64,000 nt of DNA, taken from contig OZ024740.1 in NCBI GenBank assembly GCA_964016885.1, positions 151,590,001 to 151,654,000 on the forward strand, read 5' to 3'. Position numbers and translations under genes: made by a program. Source of the DNA: Eledone cirrhosa (lineage: Eukaryota). Below, piece by piece: positions 60,099 to 64,000 of the stretch. The notes beneath the pieces are model-generated. The model did no database searches, was not told the DNA's origin, and saw only the letters and a list, made by a program, of their open reading frames with translations. Position 1 is the first letter of the stretch. Each line of letters opens with the position of its first letter.

Positions 60099-60241
60099 TT
60101 AGTTAAGCAAAACAAGGCCACAAACTTCACAAGGAAGACTATCTCCATCTCTCTCTTTAAGATTGGTTACTCTTGAACTGTATATATATATATATATATA
60201 TACATATATGCATGCATACACACACGCACAAAGGCACCCAC

Positions 60242-60284
<43 letters not shown>

Positions 60285-60292
60285 TATTTGTA

Positions 60293-60369
<77 letters not shown>

Positions 60370-60397
60370 CGAGCAGTGTATGTATGTGTGCCTCTGC

Positions 60398-60434
<37 letters not shown>

Positions 60435-60600
60435 TATATATATATATGCATGCAAAACTATAAAAATATCGGTAAGATGAATTGGGGTGTGGTGGTCGGA
60501 TTTGGTGAATAAAGTGAAAGAAAATAGGTAGGGGTATGGGGAATAGTGGTTTCTTTGCTGTTTCATATTGATTAAATGGCGAATATAGCAACAAAAGTAA

Positions 60601-60618
60601 CAACTACTACTATTACAT

Positions 60619-60672
<54 letters not shown>

Positions 60673-60680
60673 TACTACTA
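60601..60680. repeat. (TAC)n microsatellite
   Basis: Direct reading. Confidence 0.9.
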
Positions 60681-60877
60681 CGTCGACGACGACGATGACA
60701 ACAACAGTAGCAATATAAGCAGCAACAAACACGTATTCTACAACAATAACAAAAACATTTTCAGCAGCAGCAGCGTCAAAACAACAATAATAACAAAAGA
60801 AAACATTATAGCAGCAAAATTGGAAACAAGTATATCAATGTTTTAAGTCATTGTTTCTCATCTTTATATATACCAGC

Positions 60878-61133
60878 CGGTTGCTGAAATTAACGTGCAA
60901 GTGGTGGAGCACAGGCACGTGTACCCTTATCGTAGTTTTCGTGGTGATTCATCACGAAGCAGTGTATGACAAAGCTGGCCCTTTGAATTGATAGAAATCA
61001 TTTTACCCATCTAAGTGAACTGAGTTAAACAATAAAGTGTCTTGCTCAAGGATACAACGCGCCATCCTGCCCAGGAATCAAATTCACTTCTTCACGATCG
61101 TGAGCCGAACATCCTATCCACTAAACCATGTGC
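60878..61133 (-). mobile_element. SINE family B
   Basis: tRNA-like head on minus strand followed by ttgtatccttgagcaagacacttt; relatives at 660, 40410, 45555, 47340 and 63410. Confidence 0.7.
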
Positions 61134-62400
61134 TGGAGGCGCCCCAAAGCGGATCTGGCAGCACCTATGCGACGTTTGACCTTGGCTGCGCCCTGTCCCG
61201 TTGGAACTACTGTTGAGCCCAGGTAAACGAAGGACTCCACATCCTCCAGGTCCACGCCCTCGAGAGATATTGGCTGCCAGGCATCAGGCGAGACCAGTGA
61301 CGTCATGACTTTCGACTTGGCGGCATTGATTCGTAGACCAAGAGCGGCGGCTGCAGTGTGCACCCTTTCGAGAGCACCTTGTACATCTGTCCCGTTAGCG
61401 CCCATCAGCACGATGTCATCCGCGTAGGCCAGGTCCGTCACCACAACTCCTCTCTCGACGTCTACGCTCGGGTAATCCCGGAGCGCTGTGTTGAGAGTGT
61501 AGTCAATGGCGTAGTTGAAGAGAGTTGGCGATAGCGCACACCCCTGCCGAACACCGGTCCCAACATCGAACGACTCCGTCCCACACCATAGGCCCTCACT
61601 CGAGCCCGAGTCGACCGAGTCGACTGGCGCGAGTTTGCGGAGCAGACGAAGAGGGCAGCAGCCTGTGGTGAGTCGCGCAAGCTCTACCAACAGGTGAAGC
61701 GAGCCAGCCGAAGCAGTACGGGTATCAGCGAGACGATCCGTGATCGGAACGGGGCGGTCATTACCAATCTTAATCACCGGCTAGTCCGATGGCGGGACCA
61801 TTTCTCCGAGCTGCTCAACCACCCGCCACCACCCACGCCAACCTACGTGAAGCCTTCCGGAGAAGAATACGGGTGCAGCACTGCCCCTCCAACGGTCGAG
61901 GAGGTACGTAGTGTCCTGACACATCTCCGGAACATCAAGGTACGGGCGAAATGGCGTTCCAGCTGAGGTCTACAAGGCCGAGCCTGATGTCTTCGCAGCT
62001 TGGCTCCATCGAGTCTTCTCCTCGGTGTGGGCGACGGAGCGGTTCTCTGGTGACTGGAGCGAGGCAACTCTCCTACCCTTCTTCAAAAAAGGCGACAGGA
62101 AACTGTGTTCCAGCTACAGGGGTATCAGTTTAATTGACGTTGCTGCCAAAACCTTCGCAATTCTTCTGCTGAAGAGGTTCCAGGCCATCCGTCAGGGCGG
62201 CTTCAGTCCGGGGAGGGGGTGCGATGATCAAATCTTCAATCTCCGGCGTGTCCTGGAGCAATGGTGGGCACATCAACAACCTACCGTCCTCTGCTTCATC
62301 GACTTTGCAGCTGCCTTCGACTCGGTAGATCGGGAAGCCCTATGACCTATAATGCAGGCGGACGGCATCCCAGTGAAGCTGCTTCGTCTCATACAAGGCC
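61130..62400 (-). mobile_element. GC-rich RTE-clade LINE fragment with 5' inversion
   Basis: Minus 61130-61628: GVRQGCALSPTLFN, LAYADDIVL, FVYLGS; plus 61630-62400: YRGISL, DQIFNLR, FIDFAAAFDSVDR. Confidence 0.9.
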
Positions 62401-64000
62401 CTTAAAGATCACCCTATCATCAAGGAAAAGGATATATTGTTGTCCTGGTTATCCCTAAAAAAGATAGACATGTTTTTTATAACTTTGATTATAGTTCTAC
62501 CCGATTCGAACCGACCTGGGGTTAAACAACAACAAACCTCAACAATTACATCTACTGTAAGAAATAAGTACATATAACAATATAAAAAGGAAAAACAATA
62601 AAAAAGCTGAATCAACACTAGGCTCACACACACAGCTCATCACATATAGTCACACTCTATATATAATCACACAACACATGTACAAGAGAACACAAACACT
62701 TCCACACATATCATTTGCACAACACAGTTTCCCAATTATATACACGCCACATGTATATACCACTCAATACATATATATATACATCACACATACACACACA
62801 TCATATATATATATACACACAAAACACTTATAGACACAAAACATATATAGACAAAATAATACAACACCTCCATACATACCACATACACAATATAGTTTCA
62901 CAACGTACATACATGCCATCCTAACCCACTACACATACGCGTGCGCACACACACATACTCACAACACAAAAGACCAAAAACACCTATACAGAGGCACCCA
63001 GCATATTAGGCTTACACAGCACATAGACACACGAACACATATACACAGACACATATATACACACAGACACACGCACACATATACACAGACACATATATAC
63101 ACACACACATACAGCCGTTAATACAAAAACGCACATAACATAAGCAAATGAAGACAAATCACCGCACACACACACATGTACACACCATACAAATTTAGCA
63201 CATACACACAGGCAAACATCTCATAAACACAAGAGAATACAATCTCACATAAATCCACCACTTACACACCAAACAACATTACACACCCATATTCGCATTG
63301 CGAACAAGCCACACATACAGACGATTCATATATACAAAGTTTCTGTACCTCCGTCTTTTACAACGATGTGTGTTCCAATTATTTGATGAACAAAACAGAT
63401 TTCTAGTGAAGTTAACGTGCAAAGTGATTGAGCCCTCCCTATACACATGTAGTCTCAACATAGGTTTTATGATGATTCAACCTCACACAGTGTGTGACAG
63501 GACTGGCCGTTTCAGTTTCAGGTTGAACACACATTTTAGAAAGCTGGATGGATTGCAATAAGGTAAAATAAGCTAGGAATCAAACTCATGACCTTACGAT
63601 CGTAAGCTCAACAGCCTAACCACGTATACACAAAAAACGGAAATATCTACATCAAAAACAAGAAATAACCAATACTCACCCACATGCGCATCACGAACAA
63701 GCCACCTATATAGACGACACATACACAATATACACGCAACGTACGAACACATATAAGCACACACCACATATATATAAAAGAAGACAAACACCGCCATCAA
63801 AATCACGAAAGAAGTATCCGGGTGTATGTTTGCTGAACATCAATACTTTAACAATGGCTAATGTATTATTTATTCATTGTTTGTATTAAACTAAGAATCA
63901 ATGGTCAGGATTGATAATTGAATTAAAGGAGGGGCTGGGATGGGGCTGTTATTGTATCATCATTGATTTCAACGTTGGAGATCGTGGAGTATGGGCAGGG

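Noticed and set aside
63284-63716. About 40-bp diverged direct repeats flanking a SINE
   Set aside because: Not adjacent to the SINE ends and too long for a TSD; probably an old local duplication

Overview
AT-rich, microsatellite-saturated animal DNA (intronic or intergenic). The SINE and LINE repertoire recalls octopus/cephalopod genomes, but this is recognition, not a database match. I found no host exon; nearly all track ORFs are microsatellite translations. The content is layered transposon debris: a near-complete decayed Penelope-like element (PLE; RT plus C-terminal GIY-YIG, 55071-58995) and further PLE fragments, two copies of an R4/Dong-like RLE LINE sitting in (CATA)n, two 5'-inverted RTE-like insertions, an L1/Tx1-like 3' end, hAT-, Tc1/mariner- and pogo-like remnants, MITEs and about 15 tRNA-derived SINEs. 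The most striking unannotated layer has two parts. First, at least a dozen type I hammerhead ribozyme motifs from several sequence families, including a fully canonical one at 15554-15635 and an identical direct pair 574 nt apart. Second, more than a dozen fold-back palindromes, several demonstrably built from PLE ends, anchored in or centred on (TA)n. Coordinates were counted by eye and may be off by a few bases.
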